From Auanema rhodensis (taxonomy: Eukaryota > Animalia > Nematoda), in assembly GCA_964057225.1 (NCBI GenBank), contig OZ059899.1, forward strand, positions 8,122,001 to 8,186,000: 64,000 nucleotides of DNA, in the 5' to 3' direction. Positions 1 through 12,300 of this stretch are shown here, piece after piece; the first letter of the stretch is position 1; each line of letters opens with the position of its first letter. The notes under the pieces are model-generated. The model had not been told where the DNA came from, ran no database searches, and saw only the letters and a list, made by a program, of their open reading frames with translations. The translations under genes were made by a program, and so were the position numbers.

Positions 1-2057
1 TGAAAAATGAACGGACATGAATCGTGACTGACGTATGTATATTGCTGAATTGCAGAGAATCAGGTCAAAGAGTAAGCTATTAACGTTTTGAAGATTTTGT
101 TAGAATCTTCAGTTGTCTATATAAAGACAACAAAAGACGAAAAAGAATGGTGAAGATAAGACGATAGAGATGTAAATGGTTGAACATATAGTATATCCAC
201 ACATTGAACGGTAATTGGACTTTCTCACAATTTCACTATTCGTAAAGACCTTGAACAAAAACAGAAAAAAGTGATAGTTAAAAGTGAAAAAGTAGAGGAA
301 ATAGCCAATAAAATTCCATTACATCATCAATCCGATTGCTTAATCTTGTACCGTCATGGGCTTATCACACATCAGAACTGAGAACTGAACAACATAAATA
401 GAAAACTGTGATAGATAGATATTTAAGAAAGTTTCAGATATCTTTAGAAGTTTCAGGATCACTTAATAAGAAAATTACGAAAATGGAAAAAAATAAACAA
501 AACAATCAGCCATATCAGATGATTGAAAAACGAGCTATTAACCCTTTTATCTTCACAAAAGAGTCGCCCAAGCGAAATATGTTGAGGGCAGGTCAGTCCA
601 GAAGCGAAAGTGGTCATATCCTTTTTTGAAAAAAAAATGCAGCAAGTTCTTCAGATGAATGAAAAATATTTCAAAGTAAATAAAGTTTAAACTCAGTTTC
701 GTATAAAAGTAATTTTTGAAGAAAAAACAAATTATCATATACGCAGTTAGTAAAGCTATATACAACTAACTTATATTTTAAAAATGAATCTTATAAGAAT
801 TATATAAAAGAATATATATTATGAATAATAATATTGCTTGAAAACGAATTAGAGTAAACTGAAAGCTGACTGATATATTGGCATTAGCTTCATGCTTTAT
901 CATGAAGATTGTTATGATCTATACAAAGTCCAGGAATAGCAACACAGAATACAACAAATAATCTTCAGGATTCATAACGAATAGACCTTTCACTTGGTCA
1001 GAGCTATTGTGCTTTAGCCAATCTATTGTTGAATATGAATTTTATTTCTTTTCCTATCCATTTAACTGTACATGAGATTCAACTGAAGGAAATCAAGAGA
1101 ATAGCCAAAAGGTAGATCGAAAGATCAAGCATACATGAGAGAAACAGCATGGAAAAGATATATAGAAATATAGGAAGAGAAATATATAATATAAGAGAGA
1201 GAGAGAGATATGACGTTTACTGTGGTTATAACTACAGCACACGTCTCACTTCTCAAACTGTTTGTATGAACCTTTGTCTGTACAATCACGAGCCAACGAG
1301 AATATGCGGCTCCTCAAGTCTTTCATACAAAATACCGAAATGGATGGTATAGATATGTATGTATGTCGCTCAATAAACAAAAAAAATGAAATTGTTCTTC
1401 GTTTTCGTCTGAAATAGTCAGGGAATACATGAAAAATACCATTTTAAATATAAAAAGTACAGTATATGATAATGATAAAACTAATTAATTTTTAAATTTA
1501 TTACCACTATTTAAGATATAATGAACATGTTTAATATATTATAATATGATTTTTACTATTAAAAAATCAATTTTTAAATGTTTTTTGTATTGAAAACTAT
1601 TCGGAAATGAGTCTATCGTTGTTTTATTTTTCGTTCAAAGTTTGTTACTTATCTATTCTTATTCTTAAAAGCTATACGGTATATTATATAATATTATTTT
1701 AAAATTAAAATAAATTATATAAAGAATATAAGATTAGTATTATATCTAATACTAATCATATCATCTTTAATCATTTCATGGTTTTTTTAGATCGAAAATA
1801 CATTATTTGGATCATAGTTAACTGACTCTAATATATTATGAAGACAGGGTCAGAGATGTTCTTCGACAAGGTCATTACGACCTCTCCTTTCTTCCAAACA
1901 CCTATCTTCGGATAGTCTTCATTCAGTATGTTTACTATTCAATATAAAAATATTTTTGCTAACCTTTAGTTAGTTCTATTACATATCACCTTTTTTGTCA
2001 TCTTCCTTGTTATTATATGAATTTCATTACAATTGTATTACAGATGTGGTAAAAAAA

Positions 2058-4493
2058 ATGTGGATATTTAAATCTTTATTATTCTTTAGATGTTTATTCA
2101 TTGGATCTATTTTTATTTTTATTTTTACTTTACATAAAGAATATTTATACGAATCATCTCTACAAATTTCTAATACAGCTTATAAAACGTAAGAATAATA
2201 TTTCAAATCTTTTTACTTATAAATATATATGTTCTAAATTATATTTTATACTATATTTTATGTGAAAAGTTGAAAGTAAAACTTTAATTTTAAATTATTA
2301 TTTTTATTTATCAAAGTAATTGAATAGATTATGGCTTAATTGGTTGATTAAAGAGTTATTATCATCATAATCATATTTTTAAAATTAGATAATACAGTTA
2401 TATATACTATATAGAATAGAATATATTTTCTTATATTTCTTTACAGATTTGTATCAGATGTGTTGTGGTCATCGATTGATGTTGAAGTTCCTGAACAGTT
2501 ACACAGTTCTTTAGCAGAACGGCTACGTTTGAATGAGTTATTCGCTACAAAGCAAATTGAATGTAAAAATGCCCATAGAATAGCGGACACGCGTCAGACC
2601 TTTGTCATCTGTCCCGAAATTCATAATGAATTCAAGTATGTTTTATATTGAATAATCATATTTTAGGATTGAAACATTAACGATATAACTATAAATTTGT
2701 ATTTTCATCGTAGAAATGGCTTGGTTATAACCGGGAATTCATTTTCAACTGGAAGTCTTGAAGCTCAGTTGAATATTACTAATTGGTCAATATTTTTACC
2801 TGAAGATAGTAAACTTATAGATAGCTTATCCGGTCAGTATAGTTATAATACTTAAATTTTATTATTTTATTCAAAGTAAAATACATTCAAAGTTCAATAT
2901 GATTTCAATTTTCATTTCAATTGAAGGCGATGTCGAAGTAAATTATTTGACTGAACTCTACGAATGGGATCATTGGCATACATGGGATTTCGAACAGGCT
3001 ATTAAATCTAAAACATTTTCTTTTCTTCGTTTCGAACTCTATTCACCACATTTTGAACATTATGATCAGCCAACAGTAATTCGAAAGCTAATAAAGGTAC
3101 GTGTTCACTAATAAAAGTTTCATTTTTCAATTAAATATTTTAATTTTCAATGAGAAAATGTGCGTCATTAATTCGGAAACAATCACATAGTTTATTTAGA
3201 ATTTAATATTTTATTCTGCGATATGCTATATATGAAGTATGACGTTTACATAAGAAAAATATTGTTTTATATAATTATAGTACTTTATAATTAAATTATT
3301 TATTACATTAACGTATTGGAAATGTTATAAAGCTTGAATTAAAGATTCATAAAGACAAACTTGTCAGTAGACACATGATAACAATTATATTCTTTTACAG
3401 TTGCTAAAAAGTCCAGCTGATTATTTGATGATAACGATACATGTACCATCTGATACTGATAATGACGGAAAACGTGTTCTGTCTGACTGGTAAGTCTCAG
3501 TCTCTTTTCAATTAGAAGAATAATAAAATAAAAAACTTTTTTCAAGGTATCGTCTTTTCTATTGGCTTTATTTAAATCAGAAATATGCTATAGTTGGAGC
3601 TTATCCAAGTGGAACATGTGGTTTTCAAACGCAATCATGTAGATATCATATTAGTTTAGTTAACTATAAAGGTCAAACTAGACTTAATGCTCCTGTTTTT
3701 GGCTTTGGTTTGAACGGTTTAGTTTTGGGTTTTCAGCTTATTCATCTTACAGGATCCCCAGTTGAAGAGAAAAAGCGGTTAATATTAGAGATGACAGTTC
3801 CAAAAAACAATTGTTACATAATTAATTCGGATGAAATTCCATTTTTTTGTAGTCGAACACTACTAACTGATAGCAAAGTTCTTCTGATTCGGTAGTATCA
3901 TTCAGAGTTAACGTAGTAATATTATAGATTTAGATATGGTTACAATCTACTTCCTGATTTTCCTGAAACTTTAAAAAAAATTTCAAAAATAGTTCTGATA
4001 CAACCATCAAATCTAGAGTATTCATTCATATTATAGTTTATTCAAAAAATCATCAATTTCAGAACAAATCTTACTAATATTGATCATTACCAACTAGGAA
4101 TTTCTGTTGATGGATCCATCAATTCATCTGACCAATTGTGGAAACTACAGACAATGGGTAAGTTATGGAAAATGAACTGAATATAATGGTTTTGATATTT
4201 CAGAAGAAGTTATAAAGAACATAAATACTGAGGTTATTGATCTCATATTAATTGATGTACATGGATCTGAATGGGATATTTTATCTCAAATCATTAATAT
4301 ATTACAAGATAATCAAAATAATATAAAAATATTACAAATAGCCATAAAAGGAACTTTTTATCCTGAGGAGAACGAAAATTACCGCCATTTTTACTGGATT
4401 CTTACTCAATTAACTCATTTAGGATTTTCAAAAGCTTTTAGTGTCATTAAAGAAGATACCTTTCAAATTTCATATGTATACTCATTTGAATGA
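2058..4493 (+). CDS. Type-II membrane protein with two Methyltransf_22/METTL24(FkbM)-like repeats, ~488 aa, 10 exons
   Basis: Exons 2058-2188, 2447-2635, 2714-2832, 2927-3096, 3401-3489, 3547-3707, 3753-3891, 3934-4017, 4063-4157 and 4204-4493 join in frame with GT-AG introns (1467 nt). The N-terminus is a hydrophobic anchor (MWIFKSLLFFRCLFIGSIFIFIFTL). The C-terminal 'IDLILIDVHGSEWDILSQII...ILQIAIK' resembles the IDILKIDIEGxEW...QIxIE motif of FkbM/METTL24-type methyltransferases, and 'QIECKNAHRIADTRQTFVIC' resembles the family's CxxxxRxG..C motif. The family call is from motif recall, not a database search, and the start codon is less certain than the internal exons. Confidence 0.75.
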
Positions 4494-5119
4494 AATATAA
4501 ATATGGAAATTTACATTATTCGTTTTCTTCCTGTGCATATAGAGCATGACTAATGATATGAGACAATACAGAACAGTACAAAACCTGTTGAACAAATACT
4601 TCATTTCTTAAAAATTTAGAAATTAAAAACAAACGAATCAAATATTTTCACAACATGACTAAAAAGGCTGAGTAGAGTACAAAAGTATTAAAATAACAAT
4701 GTAAGACTTCGGTGAAAATATATCCGAACTTTTGGAATCATATCATGTCCATTCTGATCATTTTGATTAATTTTAGTGAACTATACACCTAATGTTAACT
4801 ATACATACAGTTAACCAGGATTGACACCAGTTAATTTTGAATTAAAATAAACTATTAAGATTAGTACCTAAGAGGAAGTTGAATTTAAAACTATTATCAG
4901 TCTTACGTGGAGTTTAAAATATGATTAAATATATGTATATATGATTCTAGCGTATAATGTTATTATAATGGTGAGTATGACTGAATTAACCGTGTAGAAG
5001 TATAATACAAAATAAAAACAAAATAACTAGATAGAATGTGAAATCACGATCTGAGATCTAATGCAAATGGATTTGTAAAAAAAAAAGAAATGTAATAAGA
5101 ACGCCAACCTAGAGTGGAT

Positions 5120-6667
5120 CTACCACTCAGCCTCCTCATCTGTAGGAGCTTCAGCTTCTTCATCTAACCGACGTTCATGTCGATTTAAGAAAACGCGTTC
5201 TTCTTCATCCTGAAAATGAAAAATGTTATCATAATTATCAAATAAGCACGAACCACATCTTCAAAAAACACGGCTAGGCCGTCACGCTCTCTGTCTCTCT
5301 CTCGTTCTCTTTCGGGAACTTCACGATCTCGCCGAAGCGGGTTAGCATCTGCGGGAGCATCTGCTGGAGCATCTGCAGGATAATGACGAGGGGCAGCATC
5401 GAACCGTTGATTTTCATAAAATCTTTGAAACAGGTCAATAACCTCTGGAGGAAGAGCTCTCTCGTAATCATGATCACGACGGCCATTCTGAAAACAGGGA
5501 ACTAGCAATAGGACAAGAAATTGATAATTACCTGGTGTCTTCTTCTTCTAACGGCATACGGTAATTCTCGCCGGCGAGCACGATTTTGTTCAGTTTGCAA
5601 AAATCTAAAACTAAAGATCCGTAAAAGATGCAATGATGTCTTTACAAAACCTGTACAACTCGTAAATCATTGGAGGAATCAACAGCTGTTGGCTTGTTAT
5701 ACCCGCGGAACGACTAGGTTGTCTTGAAATCATATGCTTGAGACGAATATCTCCATATTCACAAACAACCGCCTAAAATAAGGATCTCAATTACAGAAAA
5801 CTATTATCTAGAAAATATTGATTTTTTACAAACCTGTTTCCTTCTGTTCAGGGCATTAAGGAAACGGATGGCTTCATCACCTCTCCGCACACCTGGATAA
5901 GAGCAATTCCTAAGCAAGACGAGCTCTACCTCCAATTTCTATAACAATAATAATTAAAATATTGATCAAAATTGCAGTCCCTGGGATGAATATCCTCTTT
6001 ACGAGTACAAGTACAAGGACATGTGCACTTGGGACACTTAGATCAACGCTAAAGGACAGAGCTCAATCAATAGTTGGTTCGTATATTGCTGGATTATTAA
6101 ATGAAAGTTCAACTTAGAACACTTAATTCAAAACTTTGAACAAGAAAAATGAGTATAAGATTGAGAAGAAAAAGAAAAACATGATAATGAAGAATGAAAT
6201 AAGAAACAATAATACTTTGAAGTGAAAATATTATACACTCACTTCAACGGTTCTTTCGAGGTTATCAACATCCTTTATATCGAAAGCCACATTCACGAAT
6301 TCAATCGATTTTATTCTCCAAGCTTTAACATGTACAATACCACGTAAGACTCGAGTGAATGAGGGATAGTTTGCCTTGAAATAAATAATAATAAAGAAAC
6401 AAATTATGTTAAAAACTTACGGCAAAGGGTCTTATATCACATTTGGAATGAAATTGTAAAACATATTTTCCTGAAGCCGTCATCATGACGGACAGTCGAT
6501 CTGGCGCTAAACCGGCAGAGAACATAAAATCAATTCCTGCAGAAATTATTATATTTCATTGAATATACTATAATATATGTGTGGTATTCACCTCTTAAGA
6601 ATGTCTTCCCTGATGTCTTTAACAACATCTTTTCTGTTGCTAAGGCCACAAGACTTTTCACCAACAT
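5120..6667 (-). CDS. Uncharacterised 315-aa protein with an N-terminal BC-box-like motif and an acidic Trp-terminated tail, 8 exons
   Basis: Exons (minus) 6667-6592, 6536-6421, 6374-6243, 5938-5834, 5772-5651, 5604-5532, 5487-5254 and 5209-5120 splice in frame (948 nt). All introns are GT-AG and six are 44-61 nt. The protein starts MLVKSLVALATEKMLLKTSG and ends RLDEEAEAPTDEEAEW*. An acceptor-like GTTGCAG about 25 nt upstream of the ATG could be a trans-splice site. Confidence 0.8.
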
Positions 6668-9320
6668 TATACCCGTTACGTCGGTAAAATTTCCTGCAAC
6701 AACAGTACCAATACTACGATTTTATATATATTTATATGTTAAAAATGAAGAAAATATATTAATTATATAATATTTAAGAGTTGTATAACACTACTAGCAT
6801 AATTAGAGCAAATTTAAGCAGTATAAGAACATATCGAGAAAAGAGCGTTGGCATAAAAGACAGCGTGACTGGGATGGAATAGAGGCCGATTTAATACTAC
6901 GAGCCGTCCAAATGACGCGCTATCGAACGCGCGCTCATTCGAACACCCTGTCATATCGTTGGGTGAAAAAGATTATAGGTTGAAAGTAGAGTAGATTACA
7001 TTATAATATTGCTTATTATCAAGAAAAAGGATTTCATAAATGCTATATTCAATTCAAATCTAGTAAAGGAGTAACAGAACAATGAAACTATATTGCTATG
7101 GACATGGTAAAAAGAAAGAATTTAGACTAATACTTTGTTCATTGTCGGATTATGCTATTAATTTTAATAATAAATATATCTAGTATAATTTATCAAGACT
7201 GATTTATGATTAGTGAAAGGAGAAGTTCAGATTTTCGGTTTTTGGCAGGCTAAATTAATGCTCCCGGTAACACTTCACAGTTTGATCAATTTGCTTATAG
7301 GAAAAATTATTTTTTCGAGACTTCTGTTTATATGAAGCAAATTATCAAAGCAAATCTAGAATATATACATATATTATCAATCAGAATAGTGTATCTTTTT
7401 CATTTTTTTATCAGTTTTTTGTTTCTCTTAAGCACAGCAATGTTATTGTAGTCTATAGTTAGTGTTGGTTTTTTGAATTGAAAATATTTTTTTCCATCAG
7501 AACTATGAATGAAGAGGCAAATCTTTATTTTATTGACAAATACATCGATATACATATAACTTTTTAATAACAGAAAAAATATTTTTTTTGCAAGAAAAAG
7601 GTCACGAGATCATGTTGCATTTGCTGTTTAAATTCTTTTTTATGTCGGAAAAAACGAATGAAATAATAAAAATTTGAAAAACTCAAAATATAGATATTAC
7701 TCAATATAATATATAATACATTCATATATTATATTTTAAAAATGGAAAAAAAGATAGGCTAGAAGATGTACAAAACAGGTTTTAACCACATGTGATGAAA
7801 GGAACAGAACCGACGCAAATAGCTCATAGCAACCTCCATTTAAGGATAACAACAAGTAAAAAGGTAAAGAAAGCTGCTGAAATGGACATACATATGACAA
7901 TCTAAGAATCGAGACTGTAAACCATCTGATGAAGAAGGTCTTAAAGATTCAATGATTTGTTTACATAGACTTCTGAATTCTAATAGAAATTGAACAAGGA
8001 GCAATATCTCATACGTTTCCAGCATGCTTTATTGCTCCTGGTAACATATTAATTCCATCTGACATTTATAAACATAAAAAGTCCCGTAGCGGAATTGCCG
8101 CAGAGCTGAGCCAGCCAGGGGCAGGGCAAATAAGCTTCAGCCATGGTGACACACGCTAGGTAAGGAAGTGGTAGCGTAGAAAGATGAAGAAGTGTTGGCA
8201 AATGTGTTGTTGATTAGTAGTGAAACCATCTAGAGAGAAATATGAAAGAGAGAAAGAGAGTGAGAGAGATAGAGAGAAAAAAGATAGAAGGAGGGAATTT
8301 AAGGTAAAGAAGTCGTTAGTATTTTGATTAGCTGCCATTATCCGCATAAAATGAACTTTGTAAGAGATATGTGGTAATCTAACTGATGATACTATACGGT
8401 ATAACATATCATATGTACATAAGCTTTTTATAGTTGTTAACTATATATGATATATGAATAAGAGAGGTATATCGTATACGATATTCTGCAATGAATGTCG
8501 TACCGATAATGAGAGTTCCAGATGTAATCAAATTCTAATCTTCCCGAAAAGTTGTTAATGAATAGTACCCAACTGAACATATGTATATACAGCTGTATCG
8601 TATGATGAAGAAGCTAAGAGATCTGAGTGCATCTGATTTTTTTGGAATTCTCTATACAATTACCGATAATTGAATTTTGTTGTTTTTATATACATGAAGA
8701 GTCTGAAAAAGTCAAAAGAATAAAAAGCTTTAAGAGAATTGGTAAGGAGGAATAAGTAAAACTTATACCAGATACATATATATATATATATATATGTGTA
8801 TAGAGAGGGGAGAGAGAGAGCGAGAGTAAGAGAGAGAGAGGGGGGGGGGTGTGAGAGGGAGGTTGTTCGGGAGCAGGGAATCGAGGAAAATAGAATAAGA
8901 AATATTAAATTAATATAATAAGTAATGTGTCAGAATATACGCAGAGTATAGGTGTTTTTTTCTGAGAAATATCTGTGTAAGGGAAAGAATTAAGGGTTAG
9001 CAAGTAGAGGAAAGAAAGAATTGAAAAAATATTTTTCTCAAGTTGGTTTAGATGTAGAAGAAAGAAAAAGATGAGACGGTTTTTTTTATTGTCTGAGATA
9101 CTGGACATGTTCATGTTCCGAATTGGAAAGGAAAAGACACATGGGCGGAAAAAATTGTAGAGAAAGGCTCGACCAGCATATGAGCTTTTCCTTCTTTGAT
9201 TATGAAACCTAAAATTATTTCCAAGTTCAACAATACAAAGAAAGAAAAGAGAAAGAAATTATTTGATGGAGGCTGGTAGTGTATTTGTTGATTAGATATA
9301 GATGATAATCCATTTGAAAT

Positions 9321-12300
9321 TCATACTTCTTCTAGAACACCATGATTTCCAACCATGTTCTTATACATTGGAGACGCCAAAAATCTAAATAAAAGATATA
9401 TTGATATGTTTTTCTTTTATGCTAAAATTTTTTTTTATAATTATAAATAAACAAAACAACCTCAAAGTCTATATAACAAATGCCTAACTATGAATTTGTA
9501 AACATTCGGTTGAACAGAACAAATCATAGATTGAATTGAAAAACAAATTATAATACTTCAAGCATTGCTACTATGTTTCTTTGAGATTCTAATGATAAAA
9601 TGAAATATTATTATATAAATATAAGGAAAATGGTCCGTTGTAATATGCAATCAACATGGGAATTTCACAAACAATCTAATATTTCTCAAAAAGGTAATCA
9701 ATCTTTACATGATTTTCAACAACAATTCACAGGCACTTTCATAACTGAACTCAAATTAAGAAACAGTTGATTGACGTGAACTTTCACGTGACCAACTAAG
9801 AAATTAACGTGAACTTTCAAACAGGAAGTTATTTAAATAAAATAAAACATACCGTGGATAAGAATCACGTTGCATGAGTGTAAAGATCTGATTTTGGGCT
9901 TCATCAAATGTACTAGCTGATGGCCTTTGCATATTATTATTCACAATTTCTCTAACTCGTGAATCCAATGAAACTTCCTTGGGTGATAATATTGAAATAA
10001 AATCCTCATAAATAATTCGAGCCTGAAAATAGTAATAGAAATGAATACATTTGAAGTTCATTCAGAGTTTCTTTTATAATTTATTTCAAAGAAGTAAAGT
10101 TTTCTATTGATTCACTTTCAGACAGTTTTAACAGAAATAGTTACCATATTTTGATTTTTCTTACGTTTTTCTCATATTCTTGTTTTTTATTTCTTTTTTT
10201 TTCTTTCATCAAAATACAAAACAAGAGAAATTATATGATATTATGGGTTGTCAGTAGTATTACTTACCAAATACAAATACTATTAATAATAATAAAGAAT
10301 ATATGTATATTATATATTTATATATATTGTAAACTTGATGTAATCAACAAAAATTGGAATTAAACGTGAGAATTATATTATATAATATACTATATGTATT
10401 TATAATTTGTATTTTTGGTCATTTTGTATTTCATTGTAATCAAAAGGATATAGCTTAAAAAATGCAAATAATCATAGGACTGTGAATATATAATATATTT
10501 GAGAAAAACATATTTTTAGAGTTTCAATCAGTTTTGTTCCCTCATCAAAGAAATGTTATAAGCAACAAAGCATAGTTTGAGAAATGAAGTAAGAAAAACA
10601 GCAAAAATTTCATCAAAAATAATAGGAAATTTTGAAAAAAAGTAAAAATTATAATTGGAGATCACTATACTCTTCAAACTCACTATTTGCCAAAAGCTAT
10701 ATAATTATCCAAAAATGACTATGTATGTAAATGAATTAATAATTAACTAATCACATTTCATTTCCCACGAAAATCATGTGTTTTCGTGAAAATATTCGTT
10801 TTCACTCAACTGCTAACAGAAGAACAATTTCTAAAGTTACTACCATGAAATCATATAAAGTTTCTATACAAATAGAAGAGAGTAATTATTAAATTTTGAA
10901 TATAATTTTTGAACTTGTGTCAACTTGAAACATTGATGCTTGAAATATTACTTACCTTTTCTTCAATTTTTTCAGCATTTTTCTCTCGTTTCAATTCCTC
11001 ACAGGCTTGCCAGAATAATATATTCTCGTCGGAGTACTCCCCTTTGAGAAATTCAGCAAAATACTTTTGACCTACTGTAATAAACAAGTTAATAAAATTA
11101 TAATAGATAAAATATAATAATTAGAATTTGAAGTTCATATGTTTAAATATAATTAATAAGATATATATATATTTTTAAAGACAAAAAGAATATGAAAATG
11201 ATACTTTTTCATTAAAGGGACTATACATATTTTTATTTATTCTATTCAAACATTAAAGAAAATATAATTTTAAAAATTGAAAAAAGACTTACATTTGTTT
11301 CTCATTAGATTATCGAATGATTGTGACCACCCGTACACAGTTTCATACGATGGCCTGAAATATTGTTTTAAAGCAAAGATTAATCAATTAAATATGTTTC
11401 AAATTTATTTTTAGTTAATAGATCTTTGTTTTATATTTCAAAATATTTTTTTTGTCATAAATGAAAGAGATTTTAGTTGAAATTTTGCCAAACTTCAAAT
11501 TATATTTTTGAATCAGCAAAATATACTTTTTTTTGTTACAAAATTATAATAATGCTCATGCCATTGTAATTCCCATATTCAACATACTAGCACACTTCCT
11601 TTATCCGGTCTACGTTCTCTCAAAGTTGTATATGTACATAAGTACATGCACATGTGCATATTTTCTAGTAAAATCAATATTAAAATAATTGGATGATATT
11701 TTGATGTTGAAGATAAAGCTTCTGAATGATGTCAGAGTACACTATGCAACAATTCTTTTCTCTTTTGCTTCTTTATCCACTACTGCTCTTGCTGTGTCAT
11801 CTTCTTCTTTAGAAATTGCTCTGGATTATTAGAAAAGACTCGTTTCAGAATAATGAGATCAGATTTACGATGCAGTTTCAGGAAATATGTTTCTCATCAC
11901 GATGTCCAGAGAATCTGAAGACATTTGAGTGGAAGTTCATAGCTCTCTAAGTCACATGATCTGCTACGTTCAACATTACTCGACAGAATGGGAAAAAAGG
12001 AAATAAGGATCGAGATGTAGAAGACAAAAAAGGAAGAAAGTAAGAAAGAGTCGCTGAAATGGATGAAGGGAAGCTAAATTATGAGAATTCAACCGAGTTG
12101 TACGTTTTAGCAAAAGCGCTTGATTCTACTACTTGAAATTGATGATTCTCCTCCTTAAACTACATACATATATCTGATAAAAACTTTTAATGTTAAGTAA
12201 TATGAAAATAATAATCTTAAAAATTAATAATGATGGATTATGATTGTTCTATAATATTACTATTTCAAGTATTAGTATGATGTTTTTGATTTTTTCCCAA

